Under the pieces are notes generated by a model. It was given only the letters and a program-made list of their open reading frames with translations. It searched no databases and was not told the DNA's origin. From IMG/VR virus record IMGVR_UViG_3300025133_000035: a stretch of DNA of 64,000 nucleotides, one strand, 5' to 3'. The translations under genes were made by a program, and so were the position numbers. Positions 19,071 to 28,903 of the stretch are shown in pieces. The stretch is from an uncultured virus (IMG/VR IMGVR_UViG_3300025133_000035). Its lineage: Duplodnaviria; Heunggongvirae; Uroviricota; Caudoviricetes. Positions within the stretch are counted from its first letter, which is position 1, and each line of letters begins with the position of its first letter.

Positions 19071-19552
19071 ACACAGCAACACAACAAACACTATTTTCAT
19101 CCAAGACGGGTGAGTGGGCAACCCCGCAGGACTTCTTTGAAAAGCTTAACTGGCGGTTCGGTCCATTCGACTTGGATCCCTGTGCCACCACCCACAATAC
19201 CAAGTGCGCCAACTTCTTCACAGAAGCAGAGGATGGGCTGTCGAAGGATTGGTCCGGACACATCGTCTTCGTTAACCCTCCGTACGGCAGAGGTATCGAT
19301 CAGTGGATCGCGAAAGCCTATCGAGAAGCGCAGAAGAAGCACACCCGAGTGGTCATGCTGATTCCTTCTCGCACCGACACGCGCTACTGGCACGACTATG
19401 TGATGAAGGCAAAAGAGGTTCACTTCGTCAAGGGCAGGCTGAAGTTTGGTGACAGCACTAACTCTGCTCCGTTCCCGTCAGCGGTTGTTGTGTTTGAGAA
19501 CACCATGCTTGACATGTCCGGTCCCATCGCAACCTCGATGAGCCGGTCGTGA
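19067..19552 (+). CDS. Phage N6-adenine DNA methyltransferase
   Basis: WATP, FDLDPCA, NPPYG, LIPSRTDT. Confidence 0.9.
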   Translation: MNTATQQTLFSSKTGEWATPQDFFEKLNWRFGPFDLDPCATTHNTKCANFFTEAEDGLSKDWSGHIVFVNPPYGRGIDQWIAKAYREAQKKHTRVVMLIPSRTDTRYWHDYVMKAKEVHFVKGRLKFGDSTNSAPFPSAVVVFENTMLDMSGPIATSMSRS

Positions 19553-19818
19553 ACAGGAAGCAGCGACGAGCAGCCGAGGCTCTCGCAAAGAAGGCGGAAG
19601 ACACAGAAGATCCGCTAACAGCCAAAACAGCATTGTTCAGCAAGCTACCAGAAGAGTGCTTGATGTGTGAGCTACCATTTGATAAGACCGACAACGCGAT
19701 GGTAACATCGTGGAGCGTAGTAGTCCGAGAAGATAAAGGAGTTGTCAGGCTATACTGTCCTGACTGCTGGTCTGCTGCGCAAAAAGTTGTTGAAAAATAT
19801 AAGAACGGAGAACTATAA
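19549..19818 (+). CDS. Hypothetical zinc-finger protein
   Basis: CLMC...CPDC; NRKQRR N-terminus. Confidence 0.65.
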   Translation: MNRKQRRAAEALAKKAEDTEDPLTAKTALFSKLPEECLMCELPFDKTDNAMVTSWSVVVREDKGVVRLYCPDCWSAAQKVVEKYKNGEL

Positions 19819-20873
19819 TGAGGACAAAGGTAAGCCTTTGTTATGATGATGTCCTGCTGGTACCACAGTTTTCGGATATCCGCAGCCGCAAAGAGATTGA
19901 TATTGGCACCACCTTGGGCACCGGCACCCGGGCGCTTGAACTGGGCATGCCGATCATCTCTTCGCCGATGGATACCGTTACTGGACCAGCCATGGCAGAG
20001 GTCATGAACGTGTTCGGCGGTTTGGGTATTATCCATCGCTATTGTACGATTGACGATCAGGTAAAGATGGTTCGGGCAGCAAAGCAGAATCGCTACCACT
20101 CCACCAAAAACGATATTCATGTCAATGTTGGCGCCGCTGTTGGGGTGACCGAGGGTTTCGAACAGCGCGCCATAGCCTTGCACCAAGCCGGCGTTGATTT
20201 CCTTTGTATTGACGTCGCCCACGGTCACCACACTCTGGTGCGTGAAGCAATCGAAACCCTCCGGTGTCTTATCGGCGGCGACAAACATATCATGGCTGGC
20301 AACGTCGCAACTCTTGAGGGAGTTAATGATCTGGCAGACTGGGGAGCAGACTCTGTACGCTGTAACATCGGTGGAGGATCCATCTGCTCGACAAGGATTC
20401 AGACCGGTCACGGCATGCCCGGGCTACAAACTATCATTGAGTGTTCTGAGACAGACAGAGATGTGTCGATTATTGCTGACGGTGGAATCCGAAATAGCGG
20501 AGACATTGTTAAGGCGCTAGCCGCCGGCGCTGACTGTGTGATGATCGGCTCTCTCCTCTCTGCTACCACAGAGTCTCCGGGCGCAATCCAATTTGTCGCA
20601 GGAGATCGGTTCAAGACCTATCGTGGCATGGCATCGGAAGAAGCCCAGCAAGACTGGCGAGGGAAGGCTTCGTCTCTAGAGGGCATTTCAACAATCATTC
20701 CTTATAAGGGTTCGGTGACACGCATCTTGGAGCAACTAGATAACGGCATCCGCAGCGGGTTTTCGTATTCAGGCTCCCGTACTTTGACAGAACTGCAGTC
20801 ACGCGCCCGGTTTACGCGGCAAACGGCATCGGGCATTTCAGAATCGAAGACGCATATTCTGGAGAAGAAGTAG
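19818..20873 (+). CDS. guaB: IMP dehydrogenase/GMP reductase family, lacking CBS domains
   Basis: SPMDTV, IDVAHGH, GNV, GSICSTR (catalytic Cys), ADGGI, YRGMAS; guaB versus guaC not resolved by eye. Confidence 0.85.
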   Translation: MRTKVSLCYDDVLLVPQFSDIRSRKEIDIGTTLGTGTRALELGMPIISSPMDTVTGPAMAEVMNVFGGLGIIHRYCTIDDQVKMVRAAKQNRYHSTKNDIHVNVGAAVGVTEGFEQRAIALHQAGVDFLCIDVAHGHHTLVREAIETLRCLIGGDKHIMAGNVATLEGVNDLADWGADSVRCNIGGGSICSTRIQTGHGMPGLQTIIECSETDRDVSIIADGGIRNSGDIVKALAAGADCVMIGSLLSATTESPGAIQFVAGDRFKTYRGMASEEAQQDWRGKASSLEGISTIIPYKGSVTRILEQLDNGIRSGFSYSGSRTLTELQSRARFTRQTASGISESKTHILEKK

Positions 20874-21199
20874 TGTCAGAAGACTTGTATAATAAGCGGG
20901 TAATCTTTCGAGAGAACGACAAGGTACACGCGCAGCTACGAATCAGACTAAACTATGACGGCATCAGCCAGTCTGATTTCTTTCGTAGCTGTATTGAGGC
21001 TTACTTGGCTCAGGATGCAGAGTTCGAAGACTTCGTTGCATCATTAAGGTCCAAGAAGAGCAAACATGGGAAAGTCAGGATAGCGAAGTCTAAGAAGTTA
21101 GAAGAAAAGGGGAAAGAGACAGTTAATAAGCTTGCTCTTAACCCGAGTGAGATTGAAAATATATTTGATATGATTGAGGAAGAACACAATGAGTTATGA
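20873..21199 (+). CDS. Hypothetical protein, ribbon-helix-helix-like N-terminus
   Basis: KRVIF...HAQLRIRL..DGISQSDFFR. Confidence 0.5.
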   Translation: MSEDLYNKRVIFRENDKVHAQLRIRLNYDGISQSDFFRSCIEAYLAQDAEFEDFVASLRSKKSKHGKVRIAKSKKLEEKGKETVNKLALNPSEIENIFDMIEEEHNEL

Positions 21200-21458
21200 A
21201 ATTGGAAGCATCGTGCTACATAGTCGCAAGACTAGCCCGGGCTATTATGGGGTCATCGTCGAGTCAGAGTTACGCCCCGATGGATCCCTCCCGCCTTGGC
21301 GCTGGTATAAGATAAAATTTACCACTCCGCTTCCACCTGAAATGACCGATGGCTGGTATCGGTGTGATCACGTAACTGTGATTCGGGGCTATGATGAGAT
21401 AGCTAAGATTCACACTGCCATGATTGCTTCGGAAAATGTGATAGCAGACGCGGGATGA
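21189..21458 (+). CDS. KOW/SH3-like small protein
   Basis: YEIGSIV...YGVIV. Confidence 0.5.
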   Translation: MSYEIGSIVLHSRKTSPGYYGVIVESELRPDGSLPPWRWYKIKFTTPLPPEMTDGWYRCDHVTVIRGYDEIAKIHTAMIASENVIADAG

Positions 21459-21709
21459 GACGTTGTGCCGTTGGGTGTTTAAAAAACAACAGAAGCTGCC
21501 GAGTGACAGAGTGCCGTCTGTGGATAGATTATAAGGACGATTTCAATTGTACCCTGATAGCCGTTCACAAGCACGGAGCGATGACCTTGCAAGAGGTTGG
21601 GAAGAGATTAAAATATACTCCAGCAAGAATACAGCAGTTAGAGAAGCGCGCACTTGAAAAGATCTCGCGCCGAGCAGCCTACTTGAAGGATTTTTTATTC
21701 TCACACTGA
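21455..21709 (+). CDS. Stand-alone sigma70 region-4 HTH protein with a Cys-rich N-terminus
   Basis: MTLQEVGKRLKYTPARIQQLEKRALEKI. Confidence 0.8.
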   Translation: MRRCAVGCLKNNRSCRVTECRLWIDYKDDFNCTLIAVHKHGAMTLQEVGKRLKYTPARIQQLEKRALEKISRRAAYLKDFLFSH

Positions 21710-21778
21710 AGCCGTTTGTGTTCCAGTATACTATTTATTACCGAAGCCTTCATAATATTATTAGGAGATTATAAAGCT

Positions 21779-22270
21779 ATGAGCAAGAAGAAGTTAATTT
21801 TAAATGAGTCCGTCACACGCAGGTTTATGCGTTTGGCTGAGATTGAATCAAAGTTCACCGATCAGTTTTTGACTGAGCTTGGTGAAGAAGAGATGGAACT
21901 AGGCGGTCCAGAGATGGGCGCCGAGGAAGAGCTACCCGGAGACGAGGCACCTGAAGAGGCACCTCCCGACGAGGAAGTGGGAGAGACTGTCGAGGTCGAC
22001 CCCAACGAGCTTGTCTCGGATATCGTGGCTGCGCTGCAGAAGCAGGGCGCCGATGTCAGCATGGAGGGTGGCGAAGAAGAAGCCCCCGAAGGCGAAGAGA
22101 TAGAGCCCATCCCCGGCGAAGAAGAGTTGCCGGCAGAAGCCCCCGAAGAGGAGCTTATGCAGGAGCTTGAGGACGCCAACGTCAACGTCGCTGACGATGA
22201 AGAGACGATCAATGAGGTCGCCCGTCGCGTTGCAGCGCGTCTGGTGGCTGCTAGCAAACGCCGCCGATAG
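21779..22270 (+). CDS. Acidic Glu/Pro-rich protein, possible head scaffold or internal protein
   Basis: SD AGGAG; LNES, LTE and INE motifs; CTATTTA at 21731. Confidence 0.6.
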   Translation: MSKKKLILNESVTRRFMRLAEIESKFTDQFLTELGEEEMELGGPEMGAEEELPGDEAPEEAPPDEEVGETVEVDPNELVSDIVAALQKQGADVSMEGGEEEAPEGEEIEPIPGEEELPAEAPEEELMQELEDANVNVADDEETINEVARRVAARLVAASKRRR

Positions 22271-22313
22271 GCGATAATGCTACACACTAATAATATTTTG
22301 CTTTAGCCATGCT

Positions 22314-22337
22314 GCCCCATAGCTTACGCTATGGGGC
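22314..22337 (+). terminator. 10-bp hairpin, probable terminator
   Basis: GCCCCATAGC-TTAC-GCTATGGGGC. Confidence 0.55.
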
Positions 22338-22359
22338 TGTGTGATTTTATGGAGTTGAG

Positions 22360-22737
22360 ATGGAATATGCATCGTTAGGTCTAGCAGGACTTATCGGATA
22401 TATGATGGGGTTAACAGCTTCGAACCTAATGTCTTTAGGGAAGATGGGAGCCTTGGTTGAGAAAATAGGATTGCAAGCTTTAAGGCTAATGGTTACGATC
22501 TCGGAAGATGTCGAGTTTCTTCGTGCCATGAAGCATAAAATGTCACAGGAGACTGGAGACACAGCCACTGCAATCAGACAGAAGAACATGGATGATTATG
22601 AGTTCAAGCGCTGGAAGAAGTCAACGCTAGAGAGCTTTTTGTCTGCTTACCCAGAGGTGTTCCGGAAGCGTCAAGCGCCGTTCACAGACTGGGAGGGCGC
22701 GCTAAACCATTTAGAAAATAACAAAGGAAAGCTGTAA
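22360..22737 (+). CDS. Hypothetical protein with N-terminal hydrophobic segment
   Basis: ORF with SD GGAG. Confidence 0.6.
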   Translation: MEYASLGLAGLIGYMMGLTASNLMSLGKMGALVEKIGLQALRLMVTISEDVEFLRAMKHKMSQETGDTATAIRQKNMDDYEFKRWKKSTLESFLSAYPEVFRKRQAPFTDWEGALNHLENNKGKL

Positions 22738-23381
22738 TGTCAAAGCCAAAGAAAGAGAACCCAGTAGAAGAAACCTCAGATGATGACACTCAGGAAGCGC
22801 TCACGCCCGAGCAGCTAGCCGCGGCACTTGGCTTGGAAGCCGATGAAGATATGCGCATCGTGGGTCTTTACGGCGATATCGATGAGCGCAAATCCCGAGA
22901 AACGCTTAGCGGATTATTGGTTTTACACAATTCTTCCATGCGCGAAATAGACGGAGAAGAAGTGTGGGAGCCGTTGGAGTTTATTATCTCAACGTACGGT
23001 GGCAGCGCAGACGATATGTTTGCGCTTTATGATGTCATGCGCATGGTCCAAAAGGACTGCGAAATCCATACATTCGGTCTTGGAAAAGTAATGTCAGCCG
23101 GCGTGCTGTTGCTTGCTGCTGGCACAAAGGGCAAGAGAAGGATCGGAGAAAACTGTCGCGTCATGATTCACTCAGTCATTGCCGGCAACCATGGTAACCT
23201 GCATAACCTTGAGAACGAGATGGACGAGATTAGAAACTCTCAGGAGAACTATGTGGCTGCGCTTGTTAAAGAAACCAACCTGACAAAGCGTACGCTAAAG
23301 AAGCTGCTTGAGAGAAAGGTAAATGTATATCTATCTGCTGCAGAAGCAGTAGAATACGGCATTGCTGATATAATTATCTAA
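22737..23381 (+). CDS. clpP: ClpP-family protease 2
   Basis: ISTYGGS, VMSAG (Ser), MIHS (His), YLSAAEAVEYGIAD. Confidence 0.9.
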   Translation: MSKPKKENPVEETSDDDTQEALTPEQLAAALGLEADEDMRIVGLYGDIDERKSRETLSGLLVLHNSSMREIDGEEVWEPLEFIISTYGGSADDMFALYDVMRMVQKDCEIHTFGLGKVMSAGVLLLAAGTKGKRRIGENCRVMIHSVIAGNHGNLHNLENEMDEIRNSQENYVAALVKETNLTKRTLKKLLERKVNVYLSAAEAVEYGIADIII

Positions 23382-23401
23382 ATATTATTAACCTTTAGGA
23401 C

Positions 23402-24343
23402 ATGGCTATGGACAAGATCTTCTATAACAAATCGTCACAAGATTCTCTGGGCTGGAAACCGTCATGGTTTGGCTGTGAATACAACGACGAAACATTGGTC
23501 GCAGCTATCAAGAAGTGGCAGAAAGAGAGGGGGCTGAAAGCGGATGGGCTGCTTGGTCCTGTTAGTTACCGGCGCCTATGGACTGAGCGCGAAGCAGAGA
23601 TCTCCGAGCATATTCCCCACCCATCCCCTTACAGCAGGGGCTCTCTCGCTTGCCGCGACAAGAAACACATTGTACACAACGGCAAGTTTATAGAGATTGA
23701 TTGGGACATGGTGGTCTTGTGGGATGATTCCTTGGGCTTGGACTGCGAAGAGAACAGTTATTATGATTACGCCGGCAAGCCAGACCGAAAGCCAACCATG
23801 TTTGTTAACCACTGGGATGTGTGTTTGTCTTCCGAGTCGTGTACTATGGTGCTGGGTCGCCGAGGGATCTCGGTACACTTCTGCATTGACAACGATGGCA
23901 CCATCTACCAGTTGTTAGACACACAGCACGGAGCATGGCATGCCGGCATCGGCAAAGTGAACCACAAGTCAATCGGCGTAGAGATTAGCAATGCTTACTA
24001 CCCCAAGTATCAAGACTGGTACGTTAAGAACGGATTCGGCGAGCGCCCGATACAAGACGGCGCATGGGTTCACGGCAATAAGCTTGAGCCATTTACAGAT
24101 TTCTACCCTGTCCAGATCGAAGCGCTTAAAGCATTGTGGAAGGCAGTCCACAAGGGCATCGGGATCCCTCTTGAGGTACCGGTGAAAAATGGAGAGACTA
24201 GCACAACTGTCGAGTCATCTGCAGCCCGCGGAACCTTTAAGGGGTTTGTTAGTCATTACAACTTGACGAAACGAAAAATAGATTGTGCCGGCTTGGACCT
24301 TTTAGCTATAGCTAATGAGGTTAAAGAGGAAATCGGAGACTAA
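23402..24343 (+). CDS. N-acetylmuramoyl-L-alanine amidase with peptidoglycan-binding domain (endolysin candidate)
   Basis: AIKKWQ..GLKADGLLGP; SVHFCIDNDG, AWHAG, SIGVEI, SHY..KIDC. Confidence 0.88.
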   Translation: MAMDKIFYNKSSQDSLGWKPSWFGCEYNDETLVAAIKKWQKERGLKADGLLGPVSYRRLWTEREAEISEHIPHPSPYSRGSLACRDKKHIVHNGKFIEIDWDMVVLWDDSLGLDCEENSYYDYAGKPDRKPTMFVNHWDVCLSSESCTMVLGRRGISVHFCIDNDGTIYQLLDTQHGAWHAGIGKVNHKSIGVEISNAYYPKYQDWYVKNGFGERPIQDGAWVHGNKLEPFTDFYPVQIEALKALWKAVHKGIGIPLEVPVKNGETSTTVESSAARGTFKGFVSHYNLTKRKIDCAGLDLLAIANEVKEEIGD

Positions 24344-24350
24344 TTATAGT

Positions 24351-26093
24351 ATGAGTGATAAAGAACTAGACCTGCTTGTGGAGCAGTATTTCAAAACCAC
24401 AGTGGAACCCAGAGCACAGGCTCTCGGCATCGATGCGCTAGTGAAGATGATCGAAGAGACCATCGGAGATTCATATCCCGACATCGCAGCCCGATCAGAT
24501 CCTGCCGGCTTCGACACAAACATTAACCCTGAGATGATTGCAAGTCAGGTACCCGCTGGCATGGAAGGCGACCGCCCAACGATTGAGCGTATTGTCGCAG
24601 AGATCATGGGCGAGCCTGACGTTGCGATGGTAGATTCCGTGATGCTTCACTTCTCAAACCCACAGGGTCTTGGCGACAAGGGAAGCCCACAGTTCGCGAT
24701 GAACGAGGCATTGCCTCCCGAGCAGTGGAAAGAATTATACCGTCAGCTTTTGATGGTCGGCGTAGACTCTGACATGGTTGAGGCTATCCGGCTCCTAGCC
24801 GATAGCGGTATGAGCAAAGACGATCTTCAGGCGATGCTTACCCAGCAGTCGATGCAAGACGCCCGCGGCATGCAACAGATGAACGAAGAGCAAACTGCTG
24901 GTCAAAAGTTTGTGCTATCACTTCCCAAATACACGCCCACCGAGGCATGGGGAAACCCAGAACACATGGATCGGGAACAGGTAAACAATATCTTTAAGGT
25001 TGTTCGCGGCGGTACTTCTATCGCAGGTCGAATCCAATACCTTAACGAATTCCTCGACCCAGCGAAGGCGAAGCGCAGGACCAGCCCCCGAGTTATCATC
25101 AACACAATGATTATTGTTGAGAGCCTTAAGGCTGCAATGAATCATTTCAATGAGTCATCAGCCGGCTTCGTGTTTGAAGCGTTCATGGCTGCACTAACCG
25201 GTGGGCATCAGGAGGCTGGACGAGTCAAGGGCACACTGCCCATTGAAGACTTCGTTGCCTTCAGTCAGTATGGCGGCAAGAACATCCCAGTGAGCCTTAA
25301 GCTGCTGGGCAAAAGCACGGGTGTTAAAGGAAGCTTTACTAACCTTGTGGACTTTTTGTTCGTACGCGGCGAGCCTGCCATCAAATACCTTGTGGCATAT
25401 AAAACAAAGGAAGAGTCCGGCGCTGTTGGTGCCCTAGAGATCTGGGAGTTCGACATTACGAGAGAGAACTTGCCAGAATTCATCGCTGGAGGCTCTAAGA
25501 AGACCCGCATGCTGCTGGGCGACGTTTCTCTCGATGAGCTTAACGCTGCCATCAAGTCAGGAGACAGGGCACAAATCGCGGCTATCATCACACAGGCTCC
25601 CGGCTACACTAAGCGTGGAATGCTCCACAAATCGATAGCTGATGCTGCTCGCGATGGCGACATCCCACCGGACGCTCCCGCAGAGGAAGAAGAGCCATTG
25701 GAATTGTCTGAATCATTAACCTTTTACCAGCGTGAAAAAATCCTTATGGAAGAAGAGCGCGTGTTGGCAGAGGGACGAGGGGATGATCCCTCACAGTGGG
25801 AAGTATCTTTCAAGATGATTCAAAATCTAGGCGGCACTATTAACCTGCAAGGTCACGGAAATCTAGACTTCACAGCGTCAAGATTTGATGCCATCGCTGA
25901 GATCTATGCGAAGACTCTTGAGGGGCGCGTTGCAAACCTCCTTGATGGTGTGCAGAACCTCACCACAAATATCGGTGAATACTTTTCATCCCGCCAGCGC
26001 AGTACCGCGATTACTCACGGTCAAGAAGCGCTGGGCGATGCAGAGGTGGTTAAGCAGGCGCTTGAAGAAGATATTTCTTCCGATAGCGAATAA
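24351..26093 (+). CDS. Large protein with a possible PD-(D/E)xK-like nuclease core
   Basis: AGFVFEAF...IEDF...PVSLKLL; CTAATTA 4 nt before ATG 24351. Confidence 0.5.
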   Translation: MSDKELDLLVEQYFKTTVEPRAQALGIDALVKMIEETIGDSYPDIAARSDPAGFDTNINPEMIASQVPAGMEGDRPTIERIVAEIMGEPDVAMVDSVMLHFSNPQGLGDKGSPQFAMNEALPPEQWKELYRQLLMVGVDSDMVEAIRLLADSGMSKDDLQAMLTQQSMQDARGMQQMNEEQTAGQKFVLSLPKYTPTEAWGNPEHMDREQVNNIFKVVRGGTSIAGRIQYLNEFLDPAKAKRRTSPRVIINTMIIVESLKAAMNHFNESSAGFVFEAFMAALTGGHQEAGRVKGTLPIEDFVAFSQYGGKNIPVSLKLLGKSTGVKGSFTNLVDFLFVRGEPAIKYLVAYKTKEESGAVGALEIWEFDITRENLPEFIAGGSKKTRMLLGDVSLDELNAAIKSGDRAQIAAIITQAPGYTKRGMLHKSIADAARDGDIPPDAPAEEEEPLELSESLTFYQREKILMEEERVLAEGRGDDPSQWEVSFKMIQNLGGTINLQGHGNLDFTASRFDAIAEIYAKTLEGRVANLLDGVQNLTTNIGEYFSSRQRSTAITHGQEALGDAEVVKQALEEDISSDSE

Positions 26094-26099
26094 TAATAC

Positions 26100-26128
26100 T
26101 TGACAACCCAGAGAAGTTGGGTTATAAT
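26100..26128 (+). promoter_or_regulatory. Consensus sigma70 promoter for groEL
   Basis: TTGACA-N17-TATAAT. Confidence 0.8.
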
Positions 26129-26151
26129 ATAATATAAACGAGAGGTGTACA

Positions 26152-27735
26152 TTGTCTAAACACTATTGTAAAGGCACAGATTTAAACAAGAAGATTCTAA
26201 CCGGTGTTAACCTGCTGGCAGATTACACAGCAGCAACGCTAGGACCGCGAGGAAGGAATGTCATCCTGAAGACGCCCAGCGGCACTCCAGTGATTACAAA
26301 GGATGGCGTAACCGTCGCCAACCATATCGATCTAGAGGATCCCTTTGAGAATGTAGGGGTGCAGATCATTAAGCAGGCGTCAGCACAGACTAACGCTTCT
26401 GCTGGTGATGGTACGACTACCGCAACAGTGTTGGCTCGCGCTATCCTCAACCAGTCGCAGCGATACATCGCATCAGGCATGTCACCCATCGAACTTAATC
26501 GAGGCATGGCTTTGGCAGTTGACGGCATCGTTGAGAACCTCAAGACAATGGCACAGCCCATCAAGAGCAAAGAAGACATTGAGCATGTTGCGTCCATCTC
26601 GGCTAACAACGACCGCACCCTAGGGAATCTGGTGGCTACGGCAGTTGACAGTGTGGGCAAGGACGGCTCCGTAACGGTTGAGGAGGCACGCAGTTTGGAG
26701 ACTAGTCTCGATCTGATTGAGGGTTTCCGCTTTGCTTCGGGTTACACGGCTGCAGCGTTTGTTACCGACAAGCGCCGCAACTGCGTACGCTACGAGAACC
26801 CACTGATTATGATAACAGATTCTAAGATTGAAAGGGTGGACGAGATCTTGCCAGCTTTGGAGATTGCCGATCGATCGAGCCGCCCACTTATTATTGTTGC
26901 GGAAGAGATAGAGGGTCAGGCTCTCGCGGCACTGATCATGAACGCAGTACGCAGGCAAGAAATGAACTCAGGCATTAAGGTGGCTGCAGTCAAGGCTCCC
27001 CGGTACGGTGAGGATCGGCGCAATATTATGCAAGACTTGGCGCTGTCTGTCGGTGCTACGTTCTTGGCAGTTGTCGATGGCGTTGCCCCGAGTGATGTGA
27101 CCATTGAGCACATGGGCTCGTCCAAGACGATTGAGATCACCAAAGGTGGCACAACAATCGTTGGAGGTACTGGTGACTTCGCCAAGGTCGAAGAGAAGAT
27201 CGAGGATCTTAAAGCAGAACTGTCAGAAACAGAATCTCTTTATGAGTGCGAGAAGATTCAAGACCGCATCACGCGCCTAGCTAGTGGCGTTGCTGTGATT
27301 CGTGTTGGCGCCGCCACCGAGATCGAAATGACAGAGAAGCGCCACCGCATTGAGGATGCGCTTGAGGCGGTACGTTCCGCGCAGCAGGAAGGCATTGTGC
27401 CCGGTGGCGGCGTGGCTCTGATTCGTGCCGCAGACGGGCTGTCGTTGGACGCTCCGAATGAGGAGCAGCGCTGTGGCATAGAAGTAATTAAGAACTCAGT
27501 CTTCGCCCCTCTTCGCCAGATGGCAATGAACGCCGGCGAGAGCCCCGACTTGATTTGCGAGAAGGTGCTGGCATCTTCGTATGAGATGGGTTGGGACTTC
27601 TACGCTGGCAGCATGGCAAAGATGGTTGAGACGGGAGTTATTGATCCCGTAAAGGTGACTCGCTGCGCTCTACAAAACGCAGTTTCTGCCGCCGGTACCT
27701 TGTTAACAACTAGTCACGCTATTGTTGGTGTTTAA
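26152..27735 (+). CDS. groEL: Group I chaperonin GroEL
   Basis: TLGPRGRNV, TKDGVTVA, GDGTTTATVLA, GIVPGGG, IDPVKV; no GGM tail; TTG start with SD GAGGT. Confidence 0.97.
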   Translation: MSKHYCKGTDLNKKILTGVNLLADYTAATLGPRGRNVILKTPSGTPVITKDGVTVANHIDLEDPFENVGVQIIKQASAQTNASAGDGTTTATVLARAILNQSQRYIASGMSPIELNRGMALAVDGIVENLKTMAQPIKSKEDIEHVASISANNDRTLGNLVATAVDSVGKDGSVTVEEARSLETSLDLIEGFRFASGYTAAAFVTDKRRNCVRYENPLIMITDSKIERVDEILPALEIADRSSRPLIIVAEEIEGQALAALIMNAVRRQEMNSGIKVAAVKAPRYGEDRRNIMQDLALSVGATFLAVVDGVAPSDVTIEHMGSSKTIEITKGGTTIVGGTGDFAKVEEKIEDLKAELSETESLYECEKIQDRITRLASGVAVIRVGAATEIEMTEKRHRIEDALEAVRSAQQEGIVPGGGVALIRAADGLSLDAPNEEQRCGIEVIKNSVFAPLRQMAMNAGESPDLICEKVLASSYEMGWDFYAGSMAKMVETGVIDPVKVTRCALQNAVSAAGTLLTTSHAIVGV

Positions 27736-27757
27736 TGGGCTTCACACTATTTAGAAT

Positions 27758-28087
27758 ATGATGTCAGACGATTTTACAAATAAAGCAGGCACAATGATGC
27801 TTGAATTGAACCAGTCAGTGACTCAGCTTGTCTCAAAGATAGATGTGCTTAGTAGTGGCATTGATGGTATCAAGGCTGATGTCGTTGGCGTTGCAGAGGA
27901 CATTTCGAAAATCAAGGAAGCAATGTACAACCCGGATCAGGGCTTGTATGCGCGTCAGGCACAGCTTGAAGCGAGGATCCACCAGATGGAAGTTTGGAAG
28001 GCAGCAAACAATAAGGTTATGTGGACCGTAGTTAGCCTGACGATCGCCTTGCTTTTGAACAGTCTTTGGGGAATGATCACCCTTTGA
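27758..28087 (+). CDS. Coiled-coil protein with C-terminal TM helix (holin/XhlA-like architecture)
   Basis: Heptad repeats then a hydrophobic C-terminus; CTATTTA 4 nt before ATG. Confidence 0.55.
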   Translation: MMSDDFTNKAGTMMLELNQSVTQLVSKIDVLSSGIDGIKADVVGVAEDISKIKEAMYNPDQGLYARQAQLEARIHQMEVWKAANNKVMWTVVSLTIALLLNSLWGMITL

Positions 28088-28110
28088 TGAAAGTATCTAT
28101 GGGAGTATAG

Positions 28111-28410
28111 ATGAGAGTTAATATTACTTATTCAGAAGAGTTGGAGAACATTCCCGACTTGATTACTGAATTCATGAGAGAGAGCGGCAAGTCTCTGCTG
28201 TTCTTGTCCAATCACGTCAGCAGAATTGATGATGTTACAATAAAGGACCAGTTGAAGGGCGAAGAAATTCTGGAACTTATTGATAAGACTCGCCATAGCC
28301 TTGCACGTATTGACCAGCGGCTTGAGGATGCAGCTTCGCTGTTGTCAGGCTACAACAACGCCATTCAAGGAAAAGCGGCTCCCTCCGAAAAAGAAACAAC
28401 AAGTGAATAG
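28111..28410 (+). CDS. Hypothetical protein
   Basis: SD GGGAG; ORF packed between neighbours. Confidence 0.6.
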   Translation: MRVNITYSEELENIPDLITEFMRESGKSLLFLSNHVSRIDDVTIKDQLKGEEILELIDKTRHSLARIDQRLEDAASLLSGYNNAIQGKAAPSEKETTSE

Positions 28411-28609
28411 CAAATTTGTAACAGGCGATTTGGTTTATGTTCCGCAAGACGTTCTTTTGTGGGGCGCTACCGGCTCAGCCAAAACAGACAAGCCGACCAC
28501 CGCAGTCGTGTTGGATGAGTTATCAGATACGCTGGTTATTTTTGTTTATGGTCGCAGAATGAATGCCAACAAGAGACATATTTACCCCTATACACAGGAG
28601 AAAGGATGA
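28403..28609 (+). CDS. KOW/SH3-like small protein
   Basis: FVTGDLVYV; GTG start overlapping the upstream gene. Confidence 0.55.
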   Translation: MNSKFVTGDLVYVPQDVLLWGATGSAKTDKPTTAVVLDELSDTLVIFVYGRRMNANKRHIYPYTQEKG

Positions 28610-28902
28610 AGGGAATTAAGTTAGTGGAGCTTTACGAGCAGCCCACCCAAATGTCCGACAACAAGTGGACACTAAGAGAAGTTGTAGTAAACCCAGACTA
28701 CGTGGTGTGCTTGCGCCCTGACGCGAGAGCGACAACTCTGTTGAAAGAGGGGATACTCCCAGACGGCTTGGACACTCGCCAAGAGTTCACAAAGATTCAA
28801 ATGAGCCGCGGAGCAAGCGGCTTGGATATCGTAGTTGTCGGAGGGATCGCAATGATTGAAAACAAGTTGAATATCCCGAGCCAACAACTGCTGAAAGGAT
28901 AA
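28606..28902 (+). CDS. Hypothetical protein
   Basis: SD AGGAG; ATGA overlap with the upstream gene. Confidence 0.6.
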   Translation: MKGIKLVELYEQPTQMSDNKWTLREVVVNPDYVVCLRPDARATTLLKEGILPDGLDTRQEFTKIQMSRGASGLDIVVVGGIAMIENKLNIPSQQLLKG

Positions 28903-28903
28903 A

